From the NCBI GenBank assembly GCA_030390025.1, contig CM059432.1, positions 51,214,001 through 51,278,000 of the forward strand: a stretch of 64,000 bases of DNA, in the 5' to 3' direction. Shown in pieces: positions 25,506 through 38,616 of this stretch. The notes below the pieces were generated by a model. It had not been told where the DNA came from, did no database searches, and was given only the letters and a program-made list of their open reading frames with translations. This stretch comes from Squalus acanthias (lineage: Eukaryota). The number at the start of each line of letters is the position of its first letter. Position 1 is the stretch's first letter. The position numbers and the translations under genes are program-made.

Positions 25506-27737
25506 TGGGACTCTGAATGTGCCTGAGGCTTTTTAGATTTTTTAAATTTCTATTTTACAGTACTGTTTCGTGCTATCTTTTGTTATTAATGTTTGCTAGC
25601 ATTTTTTTGAAAGGTTTTTCTTCTATTAAATTTCAACATTTTTTACCTTTCTCCGAACAGTACATAATATTTCTGTGGAATCTAAAAAGCTGAGTATTGT
25701 CTTCAAATATAATGAAAAGATAAAAGTAATTAAAGCATTTCCAAGACTTCAACAGACATGAAGAGATGCAAAAAGCAGGGAATATTAAAAATAAGCTGTA
25801 CAGTATCTTTCATGCGAGCTAAAGGAGCGACAAAGCATCTAAGTGGTATCTTGTAACAGCTGGTAAGTCAAGTTAAAATTAATGATGTAGGTTGGTTCCA
25901 AAGCACCAGAAGTACAGTATTTCATGGTTGAAGTGAGATGAAAGATGAAGGGAAGCATGCCAGGGAGATCAGCAGGCAGCAGAGACAAACCTAGTATGTT
26001 ACCAACAACCCTGTCTGCAGGTCCTGGAACAACTAACCTGGCAATGAACAAGGAAGTGACTCCACGGGGTCTGGGTCAGCATAGAGACAGTTACAGATCA
26101 TTTCCACCTGCTGCAAGAAGCCCCATTGTTGCAACGTGCCCCACTGGGAAAGTGCTTCCAGTGGCATCTTTTCCCTCGACCAGCAAAGATTTTAGCCCCA
26201 ATTTCAGCTGGGGATGTGGGGCCAGTAGGGCGAGCGTCAGGCTTGCTCTGGCTCACCAACATGAGGCCCAATTCATTTTAGATCAAATAATGTGTTTTTC
26301 AGCCTTTCTACATGGACTCAAGATAATGGCTTAGTTGCCTTTTTGCAGTAAAAATCTATGTTAGGGTTCCATTTGAAGTCTGAATGGTCAGGCACTTTTG
26401 TTGTGGTGTAAAGATGTCCATAAATGTTTAGAAATCTTGGTCCTGCAGATTGTACAAAAGTGCATATTAAAATGTGCCATCAGGCAGTCCAACCTGCAAT
26501 CTGCATGTGTTAATAATGGGTTTTGCAGATTCTTTGGAATGCCACTGTTAGGCACATTCTACAGTTTTTCTCCAGTCCTTACTAGAACCTTCTATAACAC
26601 AATTCTATAACTGAGATAATGTAGTATCTTTTACTTCGCTAATACAAACACAATTAGCAACACATTATAGCAAACTTGAAAAACATTATTAAGCATTTTG
26701 TAAGGAAAATAACGTGTACCAATTGTTTAAAGACTTTTGTTAGCAAAATGTAAGACCCACACTTGCCTCAGTTCTGAATCGGATGAGGTTGACCAACCTG
26801 CAGATACTACTGTAAAATTTGGGATGTGGTCACATCAGTGTAAAAGTCTGACTGTTACACTAGGCAGTAAACTGGCTAAATAGAAGAAAAGAAACACCAG
26901 CTCATACACCATCTTCCCATTTTGGTAGAGCAAAATAACTTGGGTGATGAAATAGCCTATGGATCAGACTTTCTAACAAAAACTATATAAGGTCTTAAAA
27001 TTATTTTATTAGATTTGAGTAAAATACTTAGAAAAAATATTCTAATCAAGTTTTATTAGTGAGCAAGTTTTATTAGAGAGAACATTTATTTTTGTGAAGG
27101 ATTGTAACAATCTGTCTTTCACGTGCAAAGCCAGAGACAACATCTCACTGATAATTCATCAAAAAGCTCCATGTGTAGTCAACAAAATGACTTTGATTAT
27201 GTAAGCTTCCCATTTGCTTGTAGAGTCTTGGTGAATCTTTATACCCATGTCTGATAACACATCTGCTTTAGTGCAGTATTTTAGGAAAAGCCAGAACTCC
27301 ATGACTTTGTGTCATAAATCACCCTATTTCCAAAGGCTATCTTGCATTCAGTTTAGGTGCAACCTTCAAAAGGCATTCACATTTTACATTCATATGTGCA
27401 GGAAAAGAAGTGAGGATTTTGATTAAAAGAGGAGTAACTATACTTGTACTTTGAAAATGAATTACAGTGTTGAAACTCAAAGTTGCCAGCTACTTTATAA
27501 ATTATTTTGACAACTAACTAGTCTCTTAGCGGTGTTCCACCTGACTTTGACTTTCTGAAAGTCTATTCATTGTTTACTGGCTTACCTTTCAAGGTTGATT
27601 TCAAATAGGACTACAATAATTATACTTTTGTATACTGATAATCAATGCAAGCATTGGTGCCTGCTAATTCTCATCTACTCTTCTATTCCCAGGTGTTTTC
27701 AGCCTACGTCACTGAAATTTACTGATGCAGTCTCCAA

Positions 27738-28400
27738 CTAATTATTTCCACCTCCGTAACATCGCCCGTCTCTGTCCCTGCCTCAGCTCATCTGCTGCTG
27801 AAATTCTCATCCATGCCTTTGTTACCTCTAGACTTGACTATTCCAACGCACTCCTGGTCGGCCTCCCACGTTCTACCCTATGTAAAGTTGAGGTCATCCA
27901 AAACTCGGCTGCCCGTGTCCTAACTCGCACCAAGTCCCGTTCACCCATCACGCCTGTGCTCGCTGACCTACATTGGCTCCCGGTTAAGCAACGCCTTGAT
28001 TTAAAAATTCTCATCCTTGTTATCAAATCCTTCCATGGCCTCGCCCCTCCCTATCTCTGTAATCTCCTCCAGCCCCATAACTCCCCGAGATATCTGCACT
28101 CCTCTAATTCTGCCCTCTTGAGCATCCCTGATTTTAATCGCTCAACCATTGGTGGCTGTGCCTTCCGTTGCCAAGGCCCTAAGCTCTGGAATTCCCTGCC
28201 TAAACCTCTCCGCCTCTCCACCTCTCTTTCCTTCTTTAAGACGCTCCTTAAAACCTACCTCTTTAACCAAGCTTTTGGTCATCTGCCCTAATTTCTCCTT
28301 ATGCGGCTGGGTGTCAAATTCTTTGTCTTATAACAGTCCTGTGAAGCGCCTTGGGATGTTTCACTACGTTAAAGGCGCTATATAAATACAAGTTGTTGTT
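27738..28400 (+). mobile_element. L2 LINE 3' end
   Basis: LIHAFVTSRLDYSN, LHWLPV and GPKLWNSLP motifs; L2 tail gcgctatataaatacaagttgttg. Confidence 0.92.
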
Positions 28401-29192
28401 CTTGTTTAACAAAAAGAAGCCATTCCTCTTCAAAGTCTTATGTTTCAACTAAAGTTTTCCAAATTAGGTTTTTTCAATAGGCTTTTCTGCTTATCATACT
28501 GTAAACCAAATCACAAACAGTTCAGTCATTCCTGTTCAATTACGATTAACAGATTGTGAGATTTGGTCCTTGGTCAATAATTTCCTCAGAGCTGCTTCTA
28601 TTCCACCGCTGTAACTTCCCCGGAAACGCAGTGGAAACCTTGTTTACATGCTTCAACGGGGTTTCCGCCGCACTTCTGGTGAAGTTACAGCAGCAGAGCC
28701 AAGGAGTATCTCTGGGAAAATGGCCAGCCGTAAACATAAGCATAAATATAAACCTAGGTTGAAGTGAAAAGACCCATAGTGAAGGACACCAGTAAGGTGA
28801 AAAATGTTAGAAGAGAAGCTATATAAATCAAGAAGTTGCGGTCAGCTGATGTCAGAAACCGTTTCTTTGCACAAAGGGTAGTGGAGATTTGAAACACTCT
28901 CCCCCAAAGATCTGTTGCGGGTAGGTCAATTGAAAATTTCAGAATTGAGATTGATAGAATTTTTTTAGGCAAGAGGATTAAGGATTACATAGCCAAGGTG
29001 GATAGATGGAGTTAAGATACAAATCAGTCATGATCTAATTGAATGGCGGAGCAGGCTTGAGGAGCTGAATGGCCCACTCCTGTTCGTATCTTCCTCTTCC
29101 TGTTTCTATCACTTTTTCCTTAAAAGATACAAAGGCATCTGTCTCAACTACTCCCTATGGTAAAGCATTACATGCTCCAATGAGTCACAATA

Positions 29193-29555
29193 CAGGAAAC
29201 TCTTTATTAACCGGCACCGACGGGACCGGCGTGGTGCCGGTTAATCAAAAAGTCGGGATAACGGAGAGTTATATCTCCCAACATATGAGAGCCCCGTACA
29301 CACTGACATGCGCCTGCATTCGGAGATCCGTCTCCCCGGGGACCGCCAGCTGACCATCTGTCGTGTCCGATGCCTACCCGGGCTGCACATTCCCCTCCTA
29401 ATCTACATGCTCCGATACAAGGCAAACGCCTTGGGGTTTTTTTTAAGTTATTTTTAAAGGAGAGATGAAGGAAAACCCTGGTTACCTACTGAAGAATTTT
29501 GCCGGTTAAGAGAGATTTCCGGTTATTTGGGTGCCGGTTAAAAGAGAGTTTCCTG
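29193..29555. mobile_element. Tc1/mariner (pogo/Tigger-like) MITE, second copy
   Basis: TA|caggaaactct...agagtttcctg|TA. Confidence 0.88.
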
Positions 29556-30049
29556 TAGTAAATAGTATGATGAGTTTTGATTTTAAAACAGTGGCGATGC
29601 AGGGAAAAGGAAGAGCATTTAGGATGGCTTATTGGAATTTTTAAGGGACAAAAAGGGAAAGTATGGGATTTTTTAATTTATTTGTTCTTGGGATATGGGT
29701 GATGCTAGTAAGGCTACATTTATTGTCCACTCCTACCTACCCTGAGACAGTGCTGGTGGGCTTCTTAAACTGCTCCAGTCCTTGCTGTGATAATGCTTCC
29801 ACAATGGTTTTACGTAGGGAATTCTGGGATTTTGACCCAGTGATGAGTAATATATATCCATGTATGACTTGGAGAGGAACTTGGGGGTTATGGTGTTCCC
29901 ACAATATTGCTTCTCTTGTCTTTCTTGAAGTAGAGGCTGCAGGGCTGGGAGATGTTGTTGAAGTACTGCAGCCATAGTGTGCCGATGATGGAGGGGGGAG
30001 ATATTAAGACCAGTGGCAGGAGAGATGTGATTAAGGATCACATGAATCT

Positions 30050-32340
30050 AGGCACCGGCTTCGGACATGACAATGGCACGCCCAGCCCAGTCAACCCTGC
30101 AAAGTCCTCCTCACTAACATCTGGAAACTTGTGTCAAAATTGGGAGAGCTGTCCCACAGACTAGTCAAGCAATAGCCTGACATAGTCATACTCACAGAAT
30201 CATACCTTTCAGCCAATGTCCCAGACTCCTCCACCACCATCCCTGGGTACGTCCTGTCCCACTGGCAGGACAGACCCACCAGAGGTGGTGGCAGCACAGT
30301 GGAATACAATCGGGAGGGAGTGGCCCTGCAAGTCCTCAACATTGACTCCAGACCCCATGAAGCCTCATGGCTTCAGGTTAAGCATGGGCATGGAAACCTC
30401 CTGCTTATTACCACCTATTGCCCTCCCTCAGCTGATGAATCAGTACTCCTCCAGGTTGAACACCACTTGGAAGAAACACTGAGGGTAGCAATGTCACAGA
30501 ATGTACTCTGGGTGGGGAACTTCAATGTCTATCACCAAGAGTGGCTCGGTAGCACCACTACTGACCGAGCTGGCCGAGTCGTGAAGGACATAGCTGCCAG
30601 ACTGGGCCTGTGGCAGGTGGTGAGCGAGCCAACATCAGGGAAACACCTACTTGACCTCGTCCTCACCAATCTACCTGTCGCAGATGCATCTGTCCATGAC
30701 AGCATTGGTAGCAGTGACCATTGTACAGTCCTTTTGGTGTCCAAGTCCAGTCTTCACACTGAGGACACCGTGTTGTGTGGCACTACCACCGTGTTAAATG
30801 AGATGGATTCAGAACAGATCTAGCAGCTCAAAACTGGGCATCCATGAGGCGCTGTGGGCCATCAGCAGCAGCAAAATTGTATTCCATCACAATCTGTAAC
30901 CTCATGGCATGGCATATCCCTCACTCTACCATTACCATCAAACCAGGGGACCAACCCTGGTTCAATAAGGAGCATGCCAGGAGCAGCACCAGGCGTACCT
31001 AAAAATGAGGTGCCAACCTGGGGAAGCTGCAACACAGGACTGCCTGCATGCTAAACAGTGGAAGCAGCATGCTATAGACAGAGCTAAGCAATCCCATAAT
31101 CAACGGATCAGATCAAACCTCTGCAGTTCTGCCACATCCAGTCGTGAATGCTGGTGGACAATTAAACAACTAAAGGCAAGAGGAGGCTCCATGAATATCC
31201 CCATCCTCAATGATGGCAGAGCCCAGCATGCGGGTGCACAAGACAAGGCTGAAGCGTTTGCAAACATCTTCAGCCAGAAGTGCCGAGTAGATGGTCCATC
31301 TCGGCCTCCTCCTGAGGTCCCCACCAACACAGAAGCCAGTCTTCAGCTAATTCGATTCACTCCACGTGGTATCAAGAAATTGCTGAGTGCACTGGATACA
31401 GTAAAAGCTATGGACCCTGACAACATCCTGGCTGTCGTGCTGAAGACTTGTGCTCCAGAACTAGCCATGCCTCTAGCCAAGCTGCTCCAGTACAGCTACA
31501 ACACTGGCATCTATCCAACAATGTGGAAAACTGCCCAGGTATATCCTGTCCACAAAAAGCAGGACAAATCCAATCTGGCCAATTACCACCCCATCAGTCT
31601 ATTCTCAATCATCAGCAAAGTGATGAAAGGTGTCGTCGACAGTGCTATCAATCAGCACTTACTCACCAATAACCTGCTCACCTGGGGGGTCACCATTGAC
31701 CAAAAACTTAACTGGACCAGCCACATCAATATTGTGGCAACAAGAGCAGTTCAGAGACTGGGTATTCTGCAGCAAGTGTCTCACCTCTTGACTTCCCAAA
31801 GCCTTTCCACCATCTACACGGCATAAGTCAGGAGTGTGATGGAATACTCTCCACTTATCTGGATGAGTGCAGCTCCAACAACACTCAAGAAGCTTGACAC
31901 CATCCAGGACAAAGCAGCCCGCTTGATTGGCACCCCATCCACCACCTTAAACATTCACTCCCTCCACCACTGGTGCACTATGGCTGCAGTGTGTACCATC
32001 TACAAGATGCACTGTAGCAATTTGCCAAGGCTTCTTCGGCAGCACCTCCCAAACCCATGACCTCTACCACCTAGAAGGACAAGGGCAGCAGGTGCATGGG
32101 AACACCATCACCTCCAAGTTCCCTCCAAATCATACACCATCCTGACTTGGAAATATATCGCCGCTCCTTCATCGCCGCTGGGTCAAAATCCTGGTACTCC
32201 CTCCCGAACAGCACTGTGGGTGTACCTTCACCACAAGGACTGCAACGGTTCAAGAAGGTGGTTCACCACTACCTTCGCAAGGGCAATTAGGGATGGGCAA
32301 TAAATGCTGGCCTTGCCAGTGATGCCCACATCCTGGAACA
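30050..32340 (+). mobile_element. CR1-group non-LTR retrotransposon ORF2 (APE endonuclease plus partial RT), internally deleted
   Basis: GNFNV, LDLVLTN and SDH endonuclease motifs; WK.A.V.PVHKK..NY.PISL RT motif. The RT core is deleted at ~31680 and the 3' tail is present. Confidence 0.88.
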
Positions 32341-32418
32341 AATTTTAAAAAATGGAGAGGAGAGTAGTTATTACGGATTCCAATATGGCTTCAGGAAACA
32401 TAAGTTCTGTTGCAGTAA

Positions 32419-32960
32419 GTATGACACCAAGGTTGCGAACAGTGTGGTTCAGCCTCAGACAGATGTTAGGGAGAGGGATGGAATCACTGGCTAGGGAACG
32501 GAGTTTGTGGTGGGGACCGAAAACGATGGCTTCGCTCTTCCCAATATTTAATCGGAGAACATTTCTGCTCATCCAGAACTGGATGTTGGACAAGCAGTCT
32601 GACAATTTAGAGGCCGTGGAGGGGTCGAGAGAAGTGGTAGTGAGGTAGAGCTGGGTGTCGTCAGCGAACATGTGGAAACTGACGCTGTGTTATCGGATGA
32701 TATTGCCAAGGGGCAACATGTAGTTGAGAAATAGGAGGGGGCCAAGGATAGATCCTTGGGGGACACCAGAGGTAACGATGCGGGAGTGGGAAGAGAAGCT
32801 GTTGCAGGTGATTCCCTGGCTATGAATAGATAGATAAAAATGGAACCAGGTGAATGCATTCCCACCCAGCTGGACGACGTTGGAGAGGCGTTGGAGAAGG
32901 ATGTAGTGGTCAACCGTGTCAAAGGCTGTAGACAAGTCAAGAAGGATGAGGAGGGATAGT
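32419..32960 (-). mobile_element. L2 LINE RT fragment
   Basis: LLDLSTAFDTVDH, GVPQGSILGPLLF and FADDTQLY. Confidence 0.9.
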
Positions 32961-33074
32961 TTAATATGTTCTGCTGCATTAACCTGGTTACATTTTCTGT
33001 GGGTGAACAGTATGGTGGATGATGCTATATACCATGATTTCCAGGAAAAAGTTTGATAAGTTACCACATACAAA

Positions 33075-33650
33075 GGCCCCAATATTAATCTGAAGGTGGC
33101 TTCCGAGCAGAGGGGTGGAATTGCATGGGAGAAACCCGGATGTCAACTCAGCGGGTCGGAATCTGCAATTGCAACTCAATTGAACCATTTAATTTTGACT
33201 TCCGGATTATGGGTCTCCAATCTGCACACCAGGAAAAAATGATCTCAGCTGTATTGAAAGGTCCAATGCACAAATGGAAATTGGTGGTGTTCACGATCGA
33301 TGGTGAACACAGAGCAAGTGCAGTACCCAGATTTAATGTCGCCTCACTGGAATTACTGCTGGGTGCAGTCAGGAGGAGGAGGGACATACTTTCCCCCCAG
33401 CAATGGGAGGAATAAACCTGCTGCTTTCATCAAGAAGGTGTAGTTGGAGGTAGCTGAGGAGGTGAGCAGCAGGGCCGTTGTGCTTGGAAGCAATATAGGA
33501 AGCGATTTAATGAGCGAACCAGGTCAGGAAAAGTGAGTATGTTTGCTGAATCAACTACATCTTGTGATTTAAGCCCCCACCCACTTTCACTCTGTCTTGC
33601 TAAGCGATCTCCATCACATCACTCATCACACCCGCTCAACTTTCAGCACT
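33075..33650 (+). mobile_element. Old Harbinger Myb/SANT-side fragment
   Basis: PRFNVASLELLLGAVRRRRDIL.P followed by ..KRFN and a gtgagt donor. Confidence 0.6.
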
Positions 33651-34705
33651 AGCTGGAGTCATACCTAGCACAAAGGAAGATGGTTGTGGTTGTTGGAAGT
33701 CAATCATCTCAGCCCCAGGACATCACTGCAGGAGTTCCTCAGGGCAGTATCCAAGGCCCAACCATCTTTAGCTGCTTCATCAATGACCTTCCCTCCATCA
33801 TAAGGTCATAAGTGGGGATGTTTGCTGATGATTGCACAGTATTCAGTTCCATTTGCAACTCCTCAGATAATGAAGCAGTCCGTGCTGACTTGCAGCAAGA
33901 CCTGGACGACATTTAGGCTTGGGCTGATTCATGCCACACAAGTGCCAAGCAATGACTATCTCCAACAAGTGAGAGTCTAACCACCGCCCCTTGACATTCA
34001 ACAGCATTGCCATCGCCGAATCCCCCACCATCAATATCCTGGGGGTCACCATTTACCAGAAACTTAACTGGACCAGCCACATAAATACTGTGGCTACAAG
34101 AGCAGGTCAGAGGCTGGGTATTCCGTGGCGACTGACTCATCTTCTGACTCCCCAAAGCCTTTCCACCATCTACAAGGCACAAGTCAGGAGTGTGATGGAA
34201 TACTCTCCACTTGCCTGGATGAGTGCAGCTCCAACAACAGTAGAAGCTCGACACTATCCAGGACAAAGCAACTCACTTGATTGGCACCCCATCCAGCACC
34301 TTAAACATTCACTGCCTCCACCAACGGCGTACCGTGGCTGCAGTGTGTACCATCTACAAGATGCACTGCGGCAACTCGCCATGGCTTCTTCGACAGCACC
34401 TCCCACACCCGCGACCTCTACCACCTAGAAGGACAAGGGTAACAGGCGTATCTGAACACCACTGCCTCCAAGTTCCCCCCAAGTCACACACCATACTGAC
34501 TTGGAAGTATATCGCCTTTCTTTCATCGTTGCTGGGTCAAAATCCTGGAACTCCCTCCCTAACAGCACTGTGGGAGTACCTTCACCACACAGACTGCAGT
34601 GGTTCAAGAAGACGGCTCACCACCACCTTCTCAAGGGCAATTAGGGATGGGCAATAAATGCTGGTCTTGCCAGTGACGCCCACATCTCATGAATGAATAT
34701 AAAAA
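33651..34705 (+). mobile_element. 3' part of the same LINE family as 30050-32340
   Basis: GVPQGS, FADD and YKAQVRSVMEYSPL motifs; same 3' tail. Confidence 0.88.
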
Positions 34706-35569
34706 AATTAGTTGCCCAGAAAACTAGTTAATTCCAAAAGCACCATTTTAAAATGTTTCAGTCTTTTCAATAACTTCCACTTGTTAGATTAAATACAAAT
34801 TGACTATAAATGGGTGATTAATCTAGCTGTATTTTTTAATGCTCCAATGGAATACTCTAAAGACCTATAAGTAAAGATAGTGTCCAATTCCTAAAGAGCT
34901 ACAATCAATCTCTTTGACCGATCGTCGACAATTGGAGTTAAGGTGAAGAAAGTTGTTATTCAGAAAACTTTTTGAGTAGAATTTATTGAAGATCAGGTTT
35001 AGTTTAACCTCTGCATCTCATCTGAAATCATTGTGTAACTTCACATGATTAAATTTATTTCTCGTGCTATAATGTGACTTCTTAGGTGCCAGAAATGCTT
35101 GTGATAATTCATGTATATTAATTATATGAGAACACTTTCTGCTACATAAGCTATGAAATACATATTAGATGTATCACTTCCTGCTGTTAATTTCTCAGAA
35201 CTGTTTAGAGAGTGTAAAGCTAAACTTGTATCCAGCTTGCTGTTCATTTATGAGCAGTGATCTTTGAGAATACTTAACTTGACAAAACATAAGAAAGCCT
35301 TCATTGAAAAACAAAGTTATAGCCCCCTTCACTATTTCTTAAATAATTCCAGGGATTTTGCTTATATCATTGTCTAATCCATAAATTGATCACTCTGTAT
35401 GACGAGGAGCTGGTGACATTAGTCTTCAAGTTTATCTTTTTCCAGTTTGAACCTGTGGCCCTTGTATGCTGTAGTTTAACTTGAAGTTGTGCTTCAGATT
35501 TATATTTTTTATACCATTTCATATCTTATATACTTCTGACATTGAGCCACAGTCATTTCCTTTCAACTA

Positions 35570-36205
35570 CAGCAACAGCAACTTGCATTTAGACGATGCC
35601 TTTAATGTAGAAAATGTACCAAGGCACCTCAGAGGTGCAATCAGACAAAAATACATGACAAATCAAAGAAGGAGATATTAGGAGGGGTGACTAAAGGGAC
35701 AGAGTCAGAGGAACAGTATTCTGGAGAGGTTGTAGAGCTGGAGGAGGTTACAGAGATAGATAGGAACAAGGTCATTAAAGGAGACAAGGATTTTAAATTG
35801 CAGGTGTTGGGGGACCAGGTGCCAATATAGATCAGCAAGGACATGAGTGATGGATGGATGGATTTGGTTCAGGATAGGATACGGGCAGCAAAGTTTTGGA
35901 TGAGCTGATGTTTGCAAAGTATGGAGGATGGGAGGCTGCCCAGTAAAGCAATGGAATAATCGAGTCTGGAGGTGGCAAAGATGTGGATGGATGTGTCAGC
36001 AGCAGATTGGCTGAGGCGGGGAGGAGGCGGGAAATGTTACGGAGGTGAAAGTAGGTAATCTTTATGATGGAGAAGATATGAGGTCGGAAGCTCAGCTCAG
36101 GGTCGAATAGGACATTGAGGTTGTAAACAGTCTGGCTCAACCTGAGACAGTGGCCAGGGTGGGGAATGGAATCAATGGCAAGGGTATGGAGTTTATGGCT
36201 GGTGC
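35570..36205 (-). mobile_element. Old L2 3' fragment
   Basis: FDPELSFRPHI..YFHLRNISRL motif; L2 tail near 35575. Confidence 0.75.
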
Positions 36206-36264
36206 CATTGACATCTTGGACAGACACTTACAGGACTCTGTCACTGCCAAATTGGAAAGACTTG

Positions 36265-37278
36265 GAGTGGTGTTCCCCAGGGGTCGGTTCTAGGATCACT
36301 GCTTTTCTTGATATATATTAATGACTTGGATGTGGGTGTACAGGGCACAATTGCAGATGACACAAAGCTTGGAAGTATAGTGAACAGTGAGGAGGATAGT
36401 GATAGACTTCAAGATGACATAGACAGGCTGGTGGAATGGGCGGACACATGGCAGATGAAATTTAATGCAGAAAAGTGCGAAGTGATTCCTTTTGGTAGAA
36501 AGAATGAAAAGAGGAAATATAAACTAAAGGGCACAATCCTAAAGGGGGTGCATAAACAGAGAGACCTAGGGGTATATCTGCACAAATCGTTGAAGGTGGC
36601 AGGGCAGGTTGAGAAACCAGGTAAAAAAGTTTGAGATCCTGGGCTTCATGAATAGAGGCATAGAGTACAAAAACGTGGAAATTATGATGAACCTGTATAA
36701 AAAAAAACACTGGTTTGGCCTCAACTGGAGTATTGTGTCCAATTCTGGGCACTGCACTTTAGGAAGGATGTGAAGGCCTTAGAGAGGGTGCGGAAAAGAT
36801 TTATGAGAATGATTCCAGGGATGAGGAACTTCAGTTATGTGGATAGACTGGAGAAGCTGGGGTTGTTCTCCTTAGAGAAGAGAAGATTGAGAGGAGTTTT
36901 GATAGAGGTGTTCAAAATCATGAGGGGTCTGGACAGAGCAGATAGAGAGAAACTGTTCCCATTGGCAGAAGGGTCGAGAACCAGAGGACACAGATTTAAG
37001 GTGATTGGCAGAAGAACCAAAGACGACATGAGGAAAAACATTTTTACTCAGTGAGTGGTTAGGATCTGGAATGCAATACCTGAAAGGGTGGTGGAGGCAG
37101 ACTCAATCACGGCTTTCAAAAGGGAGTTGGATAAGTACCTGAAGGAAAAAAAATTGCAGGGCTACGGGGAAAGGGCGAGGGAGTGGGACAAGCTGAGGTG
37201 CTCTTGCAGAGAGCCGGCACAGGCTTGACGGGCCAAATGGCCTCCTTCCGTGCTGTAACCATTCTATGATTCTATGAT
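36265..37278 (+). mobile_element. 5'-truncated CR1 LINE
   Basis: IYINDLD, ADDTKL and WQMKFNAEKC motifs; ttctatga tail. Confidence 0.9.
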
Positions 37279-37369
37279 TGTTGGAAGGAACAGTGATGCT
37301 GGGTTTCACCCACATTGCAGCGATAAGATCTCATTTAGCACTATTTGCAATAAGAAACATCAACTCCCA

Positions 37370-37482
37370 ACACCTAAATACAGATTATCTGGTCATTATC
37401 ACATTGTTGTTAGTGGGACCTTGCTGTGTGCAAATTGTCTGCTGCTTTTTCTACATTAGAACAGTAACTACACTTCAAAAGT
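37370..37482 (+). mobile_element. Deu-domain SINE fragment (SacSINE1/AmnSINE1-like)
   Basis: cattatcacattgt..gtgggaccttgctgtgtgcaaattg...acagtaactacacttcaaaag matches the DeuSINE 3' region as I recall it. Confidence 0.6.
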
Positions 37483-38616
37483 GTGTATATATGTAATTAT
37501 GTTGCCCAGCACCAGTAACGTGGCTGCTGGAAGCTTGCTGTAACCAAGCCCTACCAAGGAGTGAGCAAGTGCCTGACTGTGTGGTCTCTGCACGCAAAGA
37601 ATAACTGCTATCTCAGAAGCAACATTGCACCCCATCATTTCCTGCCAGCCAAGTCGCTCCTTCTACTTTGGGAGCATTTCGCCATAGATTATTATGAATT
37701 AGTGCTGGCACAGTCATCAAAGGGAAGCACAGGTATCAAAATAGATAAGGATGGTTTTGTGTAGGCACTGAGATAATTTTTTATAATTTATTTTTACTTT
37801 CCTTTGATGTTTCATTGCTGTTTGAGAAAGGGAAGTTTCTAAGTGGGGGAAACAGTGGGTAACCTAGCAGCTGAGCATGAGAACAAACATATTCTTTGTG
37901 AAGCAGCCACTGGATTGGAACTGCGAGTGAAATGACAGATGTTAAGTTGGTATTCCTTATTGGAAATATTTCTGATTGCCAGTGTTTTGGACCACTCACC
38001 CTGCCTTCACATCATGGGCTTCCATCTCAGCCTTCTCTTCTTCATTACCCTTTTTCTGTAGATCTGCTCCCCTAGTGGCCTCTTCATTTTGCAGCTACAT
38101 GCTCATCCCGCTTTGTATATAATAATTACGCAGTGGATGGTGATAACCTTGGACACTTTGGCTGGGCTGTACAGAAATCTCCTGCTAGAGCAGTTCAGGT
38201 GATAGTCTCACATACTTTGTACTTTAGAGCAGCACTCCAGGGGGTAGAAATTAGGTCGCGCCCCATTTGGGGCGCAAATATCGTCCGCGCGCAAATAATA
38301 ACGCCTGGCGCTAATATTAGCGCCTGGCGCTAATTATCGGCACTGACAGGAAACTTCACTTTTACCGCCCCGGGAGGTGAGTGGAGCGCTAAATTAGGCG
38401 CTGCACACCTCTCTTAAGGCGCAAAGGCCTAGGAGTGAGGCGCTAACTCAGCGCACGAGCGCAGCGCAGCTGCTGCCAGTTAGCGAGGGAACACAGACAC
38501 ACTGGCGCCGGACACTTCTTAAAGCGGGGGGGGCCACTTGCTCCCCAGCCACACCCTGCTCATTGCAGCCTTGAATCTCAGCCTGGAGAGACCTGTAATC
38601 CATTTTGCTGCCAAGC

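Noticed and set aside
37510..37731. Open frame ending at CAG|gtatca (LLLLWEHFAIDYYELVL)
   Set aside because: Exon-like but unassignable; could be chance.
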